Notes under the pieces: model-generated | Seen by the model: only the letters and a program-made list of their open reading frames with translations | The model's database searches: none | Told to the model about the DNA's origin: nothing | Shown: positions 24,801 through 37,984 of the stretch, one piece after another | Layout: each line of letters begins with the position of its first letter | How positions within the stretch are numbered: the first letter of the stretch is position 1 | Assembly (NCBI RefSeq): GCF_032444005.1 | Contig: NC_091291.1 | Span: 90,396,001-90,460,000 of the forward strand | From: Ranitomeya imitator | Lineage: Eukaryota | Direction of reading: 5' to 3' | DNA: 64,000 nt | Made by a program: the position numbers and the translations under genes

Positions 24801-27800
24801 GCGCCGTGTGCTGACACTTCTCCTGTTTGTGTCTGTCCTGGTTGTGAGCGGTCTCTGTGACTGTGCTACCCCAGGATGGCTGCCCTGCTGCACAGTATCC
24901 CGTACAGGGCTGTGTCACACTGTCCGTATACTGCGCCGTGTGCTGACACTCTCCTGTTTGTGTCTGTCCCGGCTGTGAGTGGTCTCTGTGACAGTGCTGC
25001 CCCAGGATGGCTGCCCTGCGGCACATTATCCCATACAGGGCTGTGTCACACCGTCCGTATACTGCGCCGTGTGCTGACACTCTCCTGTTTGTGTCTGTCC
25101 CGGCTGTGAGTGGTCTCTGTGACTGTGCTGCCCTGCGGCACAGTATCCCATACAGCGCTGTGTCACACTGTCCGTATACTGCGCCGTGTGCTGACACTTC
25201 TCGTGTTTGTGTCTGTCCCGGCTGTGAGCGGTCTCTGTGACTGTGCTGCCCCAGGATGGCTGCCCTGCGGCACAGTATCCCATACAGGGCTGTGTCACAC
25301 TGTCCGTATACTGCGCCGTGTGCTGACACTCTCCTGTTTGTGTCTGTCCTGGTTGTGAGCGGTCTCTGTGACTGTGCTGCCCCAGGATGGCTGCCCTGCG
25401 ACACAGTATCCCATACAGCGCTGTGTCACACTGTCCGTATACTGCGCCGTGTGCTGACACTTCTCCTGTTTGTGTCTGTCCCGGCTGTGAGCGGTCTCTG
25501 TGACTGTGCTGCCCCAGGATGGCTGCCCTGCGGCACAGTATCCCGTACAGCGCTGTGTCACACCGTCCGTATACTGCGCCGTGTGCTGACACTTCTCCTG
25601 TTTGTGTCTGTCCCGGCTGTGAGCGGTCTCTGTGACTGTGCTGCCCCAGGATGGCTGCCCTGCGGCACAGTATCCCGTACAGCGCTGTGTCACACCGTCA
25701 GTATACTGCGCCGTGTGCTGACACTTCTCCTGTTTGTGTCTGTCCCGGCTGTGAGCGGTCTCTGTGACTGTGCTGCCCCAGGATGGCTGCCCTGCGGCAC
25801 AGTATCCCGTACAGCGCTGTGTCACACCGTCCGTATACTGCGCCGTGTGCTGACACTTCTCCTGTTTGTGTCTGTCCTGGCTGTGAGCGGTCTCTGTGAC
25901 TGTGCTGCCCCAGGATCGCTGCCCTGCGGCACAGTATCCCGTACAGGGCTGTGTCACACTGTCCGTATACTGCGCCGTGTGCTGACACTTCTCCTGTTTG
26001 TGTCTGTCCCGGCTGTGAGCGGTCTCTGTGACTGTCCTGCCCCAGGATGGCTGCCCTGCGGCACAGTATCCCATACAGCGCTGTGTCACACTGTCCGTAT
26101 ACTGCGCCGTGTGCTGACACTTCTCCTGTTTGTGTCTGTCCTGGTTGTGAGCGGTCTCTGTGACTGTGCTACCCCAGGATGGCTGCCCTGCTGCACAGTA
26201 TCCCGTACAGGGCTGTGTCACACTGTCCGTATACTGCGCCGTGTGCTGACACTCTCCTGTTTGTGTCTGTCCCGGCTGTGAGTGGTCTCTGTGACAGTGC
26301 TGCCCCAGGATGGCTGCCCTGCGGCACATTATCCCATACAGGGCTGTGTCACACCGTCCGTATACTGCGCCGTGTGCTGACACTCTCCTGTTTGTGTCTG
26401 TCCCGGCTGTGAGTGGTCTCTGTGACTGTGCTGCCCTGCGGCACAGTATCCCATACAGCGCTGTGTCACACTGTCCGTATACTGCGCCGTGTGCTGACAC
26501 TTCTCCTGTTTGTGTCTGTCCCGGCTGTGAGCGGTCTCTGTGACTGTGCTGCCCCAGGATGGCTGCCCTGCGACACAGTATCCCATACAGCGCTGTGTCA
26601 CACTGTCCGTATACTGCGCCGTGTGCTGACACTTCTCCTGTTTGTGTCTGTCCCGGCTGTGAGCGGTCTCTGTGACTGTGCTGCCCCAGGATGGCTGCCC
26701 TGCGGCACAGTATCCCATACAGCGCTGTGTCACAATGTCCGTATACTGCGCCGTGTGCTGACACTTCTCCTGTTTGTGTCTGTCCCGGCTGTGAGCGGTC
26801 TCTGTGACTGTGCTGCCCCAGGATGGCTGCCCTGCGGCACAGTATCCCGTACAGCGCTGTGTCACACCGTCCGTATACTGCGCCGTGTGCTGACACTCTC
26901 CTGTTTGTGTCTGTCCCGGCTGTGAGCGGTCTCTGTGACTGTGCTGCCCCAGGATGGCTGCCCTGCGGCACAGTATCCCGTACAGCGCTGTGTCACACCA
27001 TCCGTATACTGCGCCGTGTGCTGACACTTCTCCTGTTTGTGTCTGTCCTGGCTGTGAGCGGTGTCTGTGACTGTGCTGCCCCAGGATGGCTGCCCTGCGG
27101 CACAGTATCCCATACAGGGCTGTGTCACACTGTCCGTATACTGCGCCGTGTGCTGACACTGTCCTGTTTGTGTCTGTCCCGGCTGTGAGTGGTCTCTGTG
27201 ACTGTGCTGCCCCAGGATGGCTGCCCTGCTGCACAGTATCCCATACAGGGCTGTGTCACACTGTCCGTATACTGCGCCGTGTGCTGACACTTCTCCTGTT
27301 TGTGTCTGTCCTGGTTGTGAGCGGTCTCTGTGACTGTGCTGCCCCAGGATGGCTGCCCTGCGGCACAGTATCCCATACAGGGCTGTGTCACACTGTCCGT
27401 ATACTGCGCCGTGTGCTGACACTTCTCCTGTTTGTGTCTGTCGTGTCCCGGCTGTGAGCGGTCTCTGTGACTGTGCTGCCCCAGGATGGCTGCCCTGCGG
27501 CACAGTATCCCGTACAGCGCTGTGTCACACCGTCCGTATACTGCGCCGTGTGCTGACACTTCTCCTGTTTGTGTCTGTCCTGGCTGTGAGTGGTCTCTGT
27601 GACTGTGCTGCCCCAGGATGTCTGCCCTGCGGCACAGTATCCCATACAGCGCTGTGTCACACTGTCCGTATACTGCGCCGTGTGCTGACACTCTCCTGTT
27701 TGTGTCTGTCCCGGCTGTGAGCGGTCTCTGTGACTGTGCTGCCCCAGGATGGCTGCCCTGCGGCACAGTATCCCATACAGCGCTGTGTCACACCGTCCGT

Positions 27801-30800
27801 ATACTGCGCCGTGTGCTGACACTTCTCCTGTTTGTGTCTGTCCCGGCTGTGAGCGGTCTCTGTGACTGTGCTGCCCCAGGATGGCTGCCCTGCGGCACAG
27901 TATCCCGTACAGCGCTGTGTCACACCGTCCGTATACTGCGCCGTGTGCTGACACTTCTCCTGTTTGTGTCTGTCCTGGCTGTGAGCGGTCTCTGTGACTG
28001 TGCTGCCCCAGGATGGCTGCCCTGCGGCACAGTATCCCGTACAGGGCTGTGTCACACTGTCCGTATACTGCGCCTTGTGCTGACACTTCTCCTGTTTGTG
28101 TCTGTCCCGGCTGTGAGTGGTCTCTGTGACTGTGCTGCCCCAGGATGTCTGCCCTGCGGCACAGTATCCCATACAGCGCTGTGTCACACTGTCCGTATAC
28201 TGCGCCGTGTGCTGACACTTCTCCTGTTTGTGTCTGTCCCGGCTGTGAGCGGTCTCTGTGACTGTGCTGCCCCAGGATGGCTGCCCTGCGGCACAGTATC
28301 CCATACAGCGCTGTGTCACACCGTCCGTATACTGCTCCGTGTGCTGACACTTCTCCTGTTTGTGTCTGTCCCGGCTGTGAGCGGTCTCTGTGACTGTGCT
28401 GCCCCAGGATGGCTGCCCTGCGGCACAGTATCCCATACAGCGCTGTGTCACACCGTCCGTATACTGCGCCGTGTGCTGACACTTCTCCTGTTTGTGTCTG
28501 TCCCGGCTGTGAGCGGTCTCTGTGACTGTGCTGCCCCAGGATGGCTGCCCTGCTGCACAGTATCCCATACAGGGCTGTGTCACACTGTCCGTATACTGCG
28601 CCGTGTGCTGACACTTCTCCTGTTTGTGTCTGTCCCGGCTGTGAGTGGTCTCTGTGACTGTGCTGCCCCAGGATGGCTGCCCTGCGGCACAGTATCCCAT
28701 ACAGCGCTGTGTCACACTGTCCGTATACTGCGCCGTGTGCTGACACTCTCCTGTTTGTGTCTGTCCTGGCTGTGAGCGGTCTCTGTGACTGTGCTGCCCC
28801 AGGATGGCTGCCCTGCGGCACAGTATCCCGTACAGCGCTTTGTCACACCGTCCGTATACTGCGCCGTGTGCTGACATTCGCCTGTTTGTGTCTGTCCCGG
28901 CTGTGAGCGGTGTCTGTGACTGTGCTGCCCCAGGATGGCTGCCCTGCGGCACAGTATCCCATACAGCGCTGTGTCACACCGTCCGTATACTGCGCCGTGT
29001 GCTGACACTTCTCCTGTTTGTGTCTGTCGTGTCCTGGCTGTGAGCGGTCTCTGTGACTGTGCTGCCCCAGGATGGCTGCCCTGCGGCACAGTATCCAATA
29101 CAGCGCTGTGTCACACTGTCCGTATACTGCGCCGTGTGCTGACACTTCTCCTGTTTGTGTCTGTCCTGGTTGTGAGCGGTCTCTGTGACAGTGCTGCCCC
29201 AGGATGGCTGCCCTGCGGCACAGTATCCCATACAGGGCTGTGTCACACTGTCCGTATACTGCGCCGTGTGCTGACACTTCTCCTGTTTGTGTCTGTCCCG
29301 GCTGTGAGCGGTCTCTGTGACTGTGCTGCCCCAGGATGGCTGCCCTGCGGCACATTATCCCATACAGGGCTGTGTCACACCGTCCGTATACTGCGCCGTG
29401 TGTTGACACTCTCCTGTTTGTCTGTCCCGGCTGTGAGCGGTCTCTGTGACTGTGCTGCCCCAGGATGGCTGCCCTGCGGCACAGTATCCCATACAGCGCT
29501 GTGTCACACTGTCCGTATACTGCGCCGTGTGCTGACACTTCTCCTGTTTGTGTCTGTCCCGGCTGTGAGCGGTCTCTGTGACTGTGCTGCCCCAGGATGG
29601 CTGCCCTGCGGCACAGTATCCCATACAGCCCTGTGTCACACTGTCCGTATACTGCGCCGTGTGCTGACACTTCTCCTGTTTGTGTCTGTCCCGGCTGTGA
29701 GTGGTCTCTGTGACTGTGCTGCCCCAGGATGGCTGCCCTGCGGCACAGTATCCCGTACAGGGCTGTGTCACACTGTCCGTATACTGCGCCGTGTGCTGAC
29801 ACTCTCCTGTTTGTGTCTGTCCTGGTTGTGAGCTGTCTCTGTGACTGTGTTGCCCCAGGATGGCTGCCCTGCGGCACAGTATCCCGTACAGCGCTGTGTC
29901 ACACTGTCCGTATACTGCGCCGTGTGCTGACTCTTCTCCTGTTTGTGTCTGTCCCGGCTGTGAGTGGTCTCTGTGACTGTGCTGCCCCAGGATGGCTGCC
30001 CTGCGGCACATTATCCCATACAGCGCTGTGTCACCCTGTCCGTATACTGCGCCGTGTGCTGACACTTCTCCTGTTTGTGTCTGTCCTGGTTGTGAGCGGT
30101 CTCTGTGACTGTGCTGCCCCAGGATGGCTGCCCTGCGGCACAGTATCCCATACAGGGCTGTGTCACACTGTCCGTATACTGCGCCGTGTGCTGACACTTC
30201 TCCTGTTTGTGTCTGTCCTGGCTGTGAGCGGTCTCTGTGACTGTGCTGCCCCAGGATGGCTGCCCTGCGGCACAGTATCCCATACAGTGCTGTGTCACAC
30301 TGTCCGTATACTGCGCCGTGTGCTGACACTTCTCCTGTTTGTGTCTGTCGTGTCCCGGCTGTGAGCGGTCTCTGTGACTGTGCTGCCCCAGGATGGCTGC
30401 CCTGCGGCACAGTATCCCGTACAGCGCTGTGTCACACCGTCCGTATACTGCGCCGTGTGCTGACACTTCTCCTGTTTGTGTCTGTCCCGGCTGTGAGCGG
30501 TCTCTGTGACTGTGCTGCCCCAGGATGGCTGCCCTGCGGCACAGTATCCCGTACAGGGCTGTGTCACACTGTCCGTATACTGCGCCGTGTGCTGACACTT
30601 CTCCTGTTTGTGTCTGTCCCGGCTGTGAGTGGTCTCTGTGACTGTGCTGCCCCAGGATGGCTGCCCTGCGGCACAGTATCCCATACAGCGCTGTGTCACA
30701 CCGTCCGTATACTGCGCCGTGTGCTGACACTTCTCCTGTTTGTGTCTGTCCCGGCTGTGAGTGGTCTCTGTGACTGTGCTGCCCCAGGATGGCTGCCCTG

Positions 30801-33800
30801 CGGCACAGTATCCCATACAGCGCTGTGTCACACCGTCCGTATACTGCGCCGTGTGCTGACACTTCTCCTGTTTGTGTCTGTCCCGGCTGTGAGCGGTCTC
30901 TGTGACTGTGCTGCCCCAGGATGGCTGCCCTGCGGCACAGTATTCCATACAGCGCTGTGTCACACTGTCCGTATACTGCGCCGTGCGCTGACACTCTCCT
31001 GTTTGTGTCTGTCCTGGCTGTGAGCGGTGTCTGTGACTGTGCTGCCCCAGGATGGCTGCCCTGCGGCACAGTATCCCATACAGGGCTGTGTCACACTGTC
31101 CGTATACTGCGCCGTGTGCTGACACTTCTCCTGTTTGTGTCTGTCCCGGCTGTGAGCGGTCTCTGTGACTGTGCTGCCCCAGGATGGCTGCCCTGCTGCA
31201 CAGTATCCCATACAGCGCTGTGTCACACCGTCCGTATACTGCGCCGTGTGCTGACACTTCTCCTGTTTGTGTCTGTCCCGGCTGTGAGCGGTCTCTGTGA
31301 CTGTGCTGCCCTAGGATGGCTGCCCTGCGGCACAGTATCCCATACAGGGCTGTGTCACACTGTCCGTATACTGCGCCGTGTGCTGACACTTCTCCTGTTT
31401 GTGTCTGTCCCGGCTGTGAGCGGTCTCTGTGACTGTGCTGCCCTAGGATGGCTGCCCTGCGGCACAGTATCCCATACAGGGCTGTGTCACACTGTCCGTA
31501 TACTGCGCCGTGTGCTGACACTTCTCCTGTTTGTGTCTGTCCCGGCTGTGAGCGGTCTCTGTGACTGTGCTGCCCCAGGATGGCTGCCCTGCGGCACAGT
31601 ATCCCGTACAGCGCTGTGTCACACCGTCCGTATACTGCGCCGTGTGCTGACACTTCTCCTGTTTGTGTCTGTCCTGGCTGTGAGCGGTCTCTGTGACTGT
31701 GCTGCCCCAGGATGGCTGCCCTGCGGCACAGTATCCCGTACAGGGCTGTGTCACACTGTCCGTATACTGCGCCTTGTGCTGACACTTCTCCTGTTTGTGT
31801 CTGTCCCGGCTGTGAGTGGTCTCTGTGACTGTGCTGCCCCAGGATGTCTGCCCTGCGGCACAGTATCCCATACAGCGCTGTGTCACACTGTCCGTATACT
31901 GCGCCGTGTGCTGACACTTCTCCTGTTTGTGTCTGTCCCGGCTGTGAGCGGTCTCTGTGACTGTGCTGCCCCAGGATGGCTGCCCTGCGGCACAGTATCC
32001 CATACAGCGCTGTGTCACACCGTCCGTATACTGCTCCGTGTGCTGACACTTCTCCTGTTTGTGTCTGTCCCGGCTGTGAGCGGTCTCTGTGACTGTGCTG
32101 CCCCAGGATGGCTGCCCTGCGGCACAGTATCCCATACAGCGCTGTGTCACACCGTCCGTATACTGCGCCGTGTGCTGACACTTCTCCTGTTTGTGTCTGT
32201 CCCGGCTGTGAGCGGTCTCTGTGACTGTGCTGCCCCAGGATGGCTGCCCTGCTGCACAGTATCCCATACAGGGCTGTGTCACACTGTCCGTATACTGCGC
32301 CGTGTGCTGACACTTCTCCTGTTTGTGTCTGTCCCGGCTGTGAGTGGTCTCTGTGACTGTGCTGCCCCAGGATGGCTGCCCTGCGGCACAGTATCCCATA
32401 CAGCGCTGTGTCACACTGTCCGTATACTGCGCCGTGTGCTGACACTCTCCTGTTTGTGTCTGTCCTGGCTGTGAGCGGTCTCTGTGACTGTGCTGCCCCA
32501 GGATGGCTGCCCTGCGGCACAGTATCCCGTACAGCGCTTTGTCACACCGTCCGTATACTGCGCCGTGTGCTGACATTCGCCTGTTTGTGTCTGTCCCGGC
32601 TGTGAGCGGTGTCTGTGACTGTGCTGCCCCAGGATGGCTGCCCTGCGGCACAGTATCCCATACAGCGCTGTGTCACACCGTCCGTATACTGCGCCGTGTG
32701 CTGACACTTCTCCTGTTTGTGTCTGTCGTGTCCTGGCTGTGAGCGGTCTCTGTGACTGTGCTGCCCCAGGATGGCTGCCCTGCGGCACAGTATCCAATAC
32801 AGCGCTGTGTCACACTGTCCGTATACTGCGCCGTGTGCTGACACTTCTCCTGTTTGTGTCTGTCCTGGTTGTGAGCGGTCTCTGTGACAGTGCTGCCCCA
32901 GGATGGCTGCCCTGCGGCACAGTATCCCATACAGGGCTGTGTCACACTGTCCGTATACTGCGCCGTGTGCTGACACTTCTCCTGTTTGTGTCTGTCCCGG
33001 CTGTGAGCGGTCTCTGTGACTGTGCTGCCCCAGGATGGCTGCCCTGCGGCACATTATCCCATACAGGGCTGTGTCACACCGTCCGTATACTGCGCCGTGT
33101 GTTGACACTCTCCTGTTTGTCTGTCCCGGCTGTGAGCGGTCTCTGTGACTGTGCTGCCCCAGGATGGCTGCCCTGCGGCACAGTATCCCATACAGCGCTG
33201 TGTCACACTGTCCGTATACTGCGCCGTGTGCTGACACTTCTCCTGTTTGTGTCTGTCCCGGCTGTGAGCGGTCTCTGTGACTGTGCTGCCCCAGGATGGC
33301 TGCCCTGCGGCACAGTATCCCATACAGCCCTGTGTCACACTGTCCGTATACTGCGCCGTGTGCTGACACTTCTCCTGTTTGTGTCTGTCCCGGCTGTGAG
33401 TGGTCTCTGTGACTGTGCTGCCCCAGGATGGCTGCCCTGCGGCACAGTATCCCGTACAGGGCTGTGTCACACTGTCCGTATACTGCGCCGTGTGCTGACA
33501 CTCTCCTGTTTGTGTCTGTCCTGGTTGTGAGCTGTCTCTGTGACTGTGTTGCCCCAGGATGGCTGCCCTGCGGCACAGTATCCCGTACAGCGCTGTGTCA
33601 CACTGTCCGTATACTGCGCCGTGTGCTGACTCTTCTCCTGTTTGTGTCTGTCCCGGCTGTGAGTGGTCTCTGTGACTGTGCTGCCCCAGGATGGCTGCCC
33701 TGCGGCACATTATCCCATACAGCGCTGTGTCACCCTGTCCGTATACTGCGCCGTGTGCTGACACTTCTCCTGTTTGTGTCTGTCCTGGTTGTGAGCGGTC

Positions 33801-35620
33801 TCTGTGACTGTGCTGCCCCAGGATGGCTGCCCTGCGGCACAGTATCCCATACAGGGCTGTGTCACACTGTCCGTATACTGCGCCGTGTGCTGACACTTCT
33901 CCTGTTTGTGTCTGTCCTGGCTGTGAGCGGTCTCTGTGACTGTGCTGCCCCAGGATGGCTGCCCTGCGGCACAGTATCCCATACAGTGCTGTGTCACACT
34001 GTCCGTATACTGCGCCGTGTGCTGACACTTCTCCTGTTTGTGTCTGTCGTGTCCCGGCTGTGAGCGGTCTCTGTGACTGTGCTGCCCCAGGATGGCTGCC
34101 CTGCGGCACAGTATCCCGTACAGCGCTGTGTCACACCGTCCGTATACTGCGCCGTGTGCTGACACTTCTCCTGTTTGTGTCTGTCCTGGCTGTGAGCGGT
34201 CTCTGTGACTGTGCTGCCCCAGGATGGCTGCCCTGCGGCACAGTATCCCGTACAGCGCTGTGTCACACCGTCCGTATACTGCGCCGTGTGCTGACACTTC
34301 TCCTGTTTGTGTCTGTCCTGGCTGTGAGCGATCTCTGTGACTGTGCTGCCTCAGGATGGCTGCCCTGCTGCACAGTATCCCATACAGGGCTGTGTCACAC
34401 TGTCCGTATACTGCGCCGTGTGCTGACACTCTCCTGTTTGTGTCTGTCCCGGCTGTGAGCGGTCTCTGTGACTGTGCTGCCCCAGGATGGCTGCCCTGCG
34501 GCACAGTATCCCATACAGGGCTGTGTCACACTGTCCGTATACTGCGCCGTGTGCTGACACTTCTCCTGTTTGTGTCTGTCCCGGCTGTGAGTGGTCTCTG
34601 TGACTGTGCTGCCCCAGGATGGCTGCCCTGCGGCACAGTATCCCGTACAGCGCTGTGTCACACCGTCCGTATACTGCGCCGTGTGCTGACACTTCTCCTG
34701 TTTGTGTCTGTCCCGGCTGTGAGCGGTCTCTGTGACTGTGCTGCCCCAGGATGGCTGCCCTGCGGCACAGTATCCCGTACAGGGCTGTGTCACACTGTCC
34801 GTATACTGCGCCGTGTGCTGACACTTCTCCTGTTTGTGTCTGTCCCGGCTGTGAGTGGTCTCTGTGACTGTGCTGCCCCAGGATGGCTGCCCTGCGGCAC
34901 AGTATCCCATACAGCGCTGTGTCACACCGTCCGTATACTGCGCCGTGTGCTGACACTTCTCCTGTTTGTGTCTGTCCCGGCTGTGAGCGGTCTCTGTGAC
35001 TGTGCTGCCCCAGGATGGCTGCCCTGCGGCACAGTATTCCATACAGCGCTGTGTCACACTGTCCGTATACTGCGCCGTGCGCTGACACTCTCCTGTTTGT
35101 GTCTGTCCTGGCTGTGAGCGGTGTCTGTGACTGTGCTGCCCCAGGATGGCTGCCCTGCGGCACAGTATCCCATACAGGGCTGTGTCACACTGTCCGTATA
35201 CTGCGCCGTGTGCTGACACTTCTCCTGTTTGTGTCTGTCCCGGCTGTGAGCGGTCTCTGTGACTGTGCTGCCCCAGGATGGCTGCCCTGCTGCACAGTAT
35301 CCCATACAGCGCTGTGTCACACCGTCCGTATACTGCGCCGTGTGCTGACACTTCTCCTGTTTGTGTCTGTCCCGGCTGTGAGCGGTCTCTGTGACTGTGC
35401 TGCCCTAGGATGGCTGCCCTGCGGCACAGTATCCCATACAGGGCTGTGTCACACTGTCCGTATACTGCGCCGTGTGCTGACACTTCTCCTGTTTGTGTCT
35501 GTCCCGGCTGTGAGCGGTCTCTGTGACTGTGCTGCCCCAGGATGGCTGCCCTGCTGCACAGTATCCCATACAGCGCTGTGTCACCCTGTCCGTATACTGC
35601 GCCGTGTGCTGACACTCTCC
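6870..35620. repeat. 132-bp tandem satellite filling CENATAC intron 1 (6686-35643), about 218 units
   Basis: Consensus gtgactgtgctgccccaggatggctgccctgcggcacagtatcccatacagcgctgtgtcacactgtccgtatactgcgccgtgtgctgacacttctcctgtttgtgtctgtcccggctgtgagcggtctct; 44-aa periodicity in the ORF track. Confidence 0.98.
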
Positions 35621-35643
35621 TTCTCTTTGCGGCTTTCTTATAG

Positions 35644-35810
35644 GTGGCCGCCGCACGGAAAATGATTAAAGGTGCCACAGTGGAGAAGTACCACCCCCAG
35701 GAGCACGATCAGACGTTCTGGTGTCTCTGCTGCGCGGAGGAGGTGAAGAAGCACACGAGTGACGGCAGCCTGACTGTGCTGTTCGGAGGGATGCTGGAGC
35801 ACTTATGGAG
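35644..35810 (+). CDS. CENATAC: CENATAC exon 2 ([55 protein letters not shown])
   Basis: Acceptor ttcttatag|G, donor AG|GTAAGG; matches human VEAARKAIR...WCLCC...LTVLYGGLLEHL; 167 nt. Confidence 0.95.
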
Positions 35811-35996
35811 GTAAGGTCACAGTAGATGTAACATGGGGTCTGAGGTGAGCGGCACGGCATCACTACCTGCAAACTGGAGGGTTGTGCTAGGGATCGGAGG
35901 TTCTCCCCTACACATAGGATAGGTGATGACTTCCTGATTACTGGGGGTCCGTCTTCTGTGGCCCCTCAGATTTTGAGAACTGAAGAGCCCCTTGTG

Positions 35997-36842
35997 CAGA
36001 CCTGGGCAAGATGCGGCCCGCGGGCCACATCCGGCCTGCCTGATGATTTTAAGTGGCCCGCCAGCTAGCTGTCACTTCTGACAGCTGCCCTCGGCACCGC
36101 TCGGCCAGCCGCTTCTGAGGAGGAGCAGAGCCGGGTTGACTACCTATTTATCGGTGGCGGCGGCCATCTTCTCGAGGCCGCGCGTGCGCAGATGGAGTGC
36201 TCTGCTTCACGGGGCTTCAGGAAAATGGCCGCGGGAGGCAGCGCGTGCGCAGATAGAGATCGTGGCGGCCATTTTCCTGAAGCCGAGTTTGCAGATTTAG
36301 ATCTCGGCTTCAGGAAAATGGCCGCCACGATCACCATCTGCGCACGCTCGGCCTCCCGCGGCCATTTTCTTGAAGCCCCGTGAAGCAGAGCTCTCCATCT
36401 GCGCACGCGCGGCCTCGGGAAGATGGCCGCCGCCACCGATATTCAACCCGGCTCTGCTGCTCACATTGCATTCCTGGCCGCTGCGTCACCTCACCGGTGG
36501 AAGGGACCCTGCGCACGCCATACCACACCTCTGCCGCCGCACCACCACCTCTGCTGCAACCCCCCATGGACACCAGGCCGTGGCGTCGCCCGCCTAAGCA
36601 GGAAGGGACCCTGCTCAGGTGCACGCCACACCGCATCACCCCACCTCTGCCGACACCATGCCTCCTGTGACCCTGCTCTGCCACCGCCAACCCTCAGGTA
36701 AGAATCTTACCGTAAGATACTGTAAATTCGGACAATAAGACGGACCCCCATCTTATAAAAAATCTTTTTTTCTGCAATTTTCACCCCAAATTTGGGGTGC
36801 GCCTTATGGTCCGGTGCGTTTTATAATCCGAAAAATACGGTA
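35997..36842. mobile_element. Composite or degraded non-autonomous DNA transposon remnants
   Basis: hAT-like start CAGACCTGGGCAA...GCGGCCCGCGGGCCACATCCGG; internal 138-bp inverted repeat; Tc1/pogo-like end TTATAATCCGAAAAATACGG-TA. Family calls rest on motif recall only. Confidence 0.4.
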
Positions 36843-37773
36843 ATTATGTTAGTTCGGTCCTCTAAAACCATCCCATTTTCTCATGCGGCCCTATGGCAAA
36901 ATTAATTGCCCACCCCTGCCCTTGTGAATGGAGTAGAGGTGCATCATGCGCACTGCGACCCCATACATTGTTATGGGGGTGCTGGAGACCAGCAGACACT
37001 GATCGGCCATCCCAGGCATTGCCATAGAGAATAGATGGAGCGGCAGTTTTCTTGATTAACCACTGCTCCATGCTCAAAAGGTTCTCTGGGTCAGTGGGGG
37101 CCATAGTAGTCAGACCCCCATCAATCGTGAAGTTATTGCATATCTTATGGGTCGGTAATTATTTCCAAACTTGACGATTTTTTTCTTACTGTATTTAAGA
37201 TTTCTTTCTTTCACCCTTTTCTGGAAGAGGATTCGCATGTTTAGTCCATTTTACTTCTGTAACTGTTTCATCTGTTTGCTGCCATTCAGAAAATTGGAAG
37301 TGATTGTTATAGATAATCTCCAGCTGTCAGTTCCTCTACAGGCGGGATTCACACATGCCCATGTCGGGGTCTGAGCACGGACCACGGTGCAGGCTGCCAC
37401 TAGTCACTAGACTCATAGGTGTATATGAGGCTGCTGCGTTCAGACCACGGCCATCCTGCATCGGGGTCCGTGCTCAAGCCCTGACACAAGGATATGTGAC
37501 TCCAGCCTCCGCTAATAGTTCACACTACCGCCAGTCAGCCAGCCATTCCTGCACAGATTTATGTGTTCTGTTGTGTGAATTGATCTTATGGTTTCACAAA
37601 AGATCATTGTTCTTGGTAACACATCGTCCCATATACAAAGGTGATCTATGATGGATCGCCCTGTGATGTGTATCTGACCGCCGCTTGGTGCATTCTCACT
37701 TATCCATGGTCACTTATCGCTGCAGATTTATCCATTTGATTTCTCTGATGCTCAGTCTGCTGAGTTGATACCT

Positions 37774-37984
37774 AACAACCAACGTAATACACCATGGGAC
37801 AAATTATACACAAATAGACCAAGGCAGGGAATATGGAAAATATATGGCTTTATTAATAGGGTGCCTATGATTACATATCAATAAAAATCATAGGCACCCT
37901 ATTAATAAAGCCATATATTTTCCATATTCCCTGCCTTGGTCTATTTGTGTATACTTTGTCCCATGGTGTATTACGTTGGTTGTT
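37774..37984. repeat. Near-perfect 99-bp inverted repeat with 13-nt spacer
   Basis: Arms 37774-37872 and 37886-37984 are reverse complements with one mismatch by eye. Confidence 0.9.

Noticed and set aside
6870-35620. CRISPR-like or rDNA/5S/tRNA array
   Set aside because: There are no unique spacers and no RNA-gene motifs, and the context is a spliced eukaryotic gene.
6744-35678. Cys-rich 44-aa repeat ORFs (up to 1234 aa), superficially like metallothionein or membrane proteins
   Set aside because: The 132-bp unit is a multiple of 3 and stop-free in several frames. Frequent 1-, 5- and 14-bp indels break frames without compensation, and the region is intron 1 of CENATAC.
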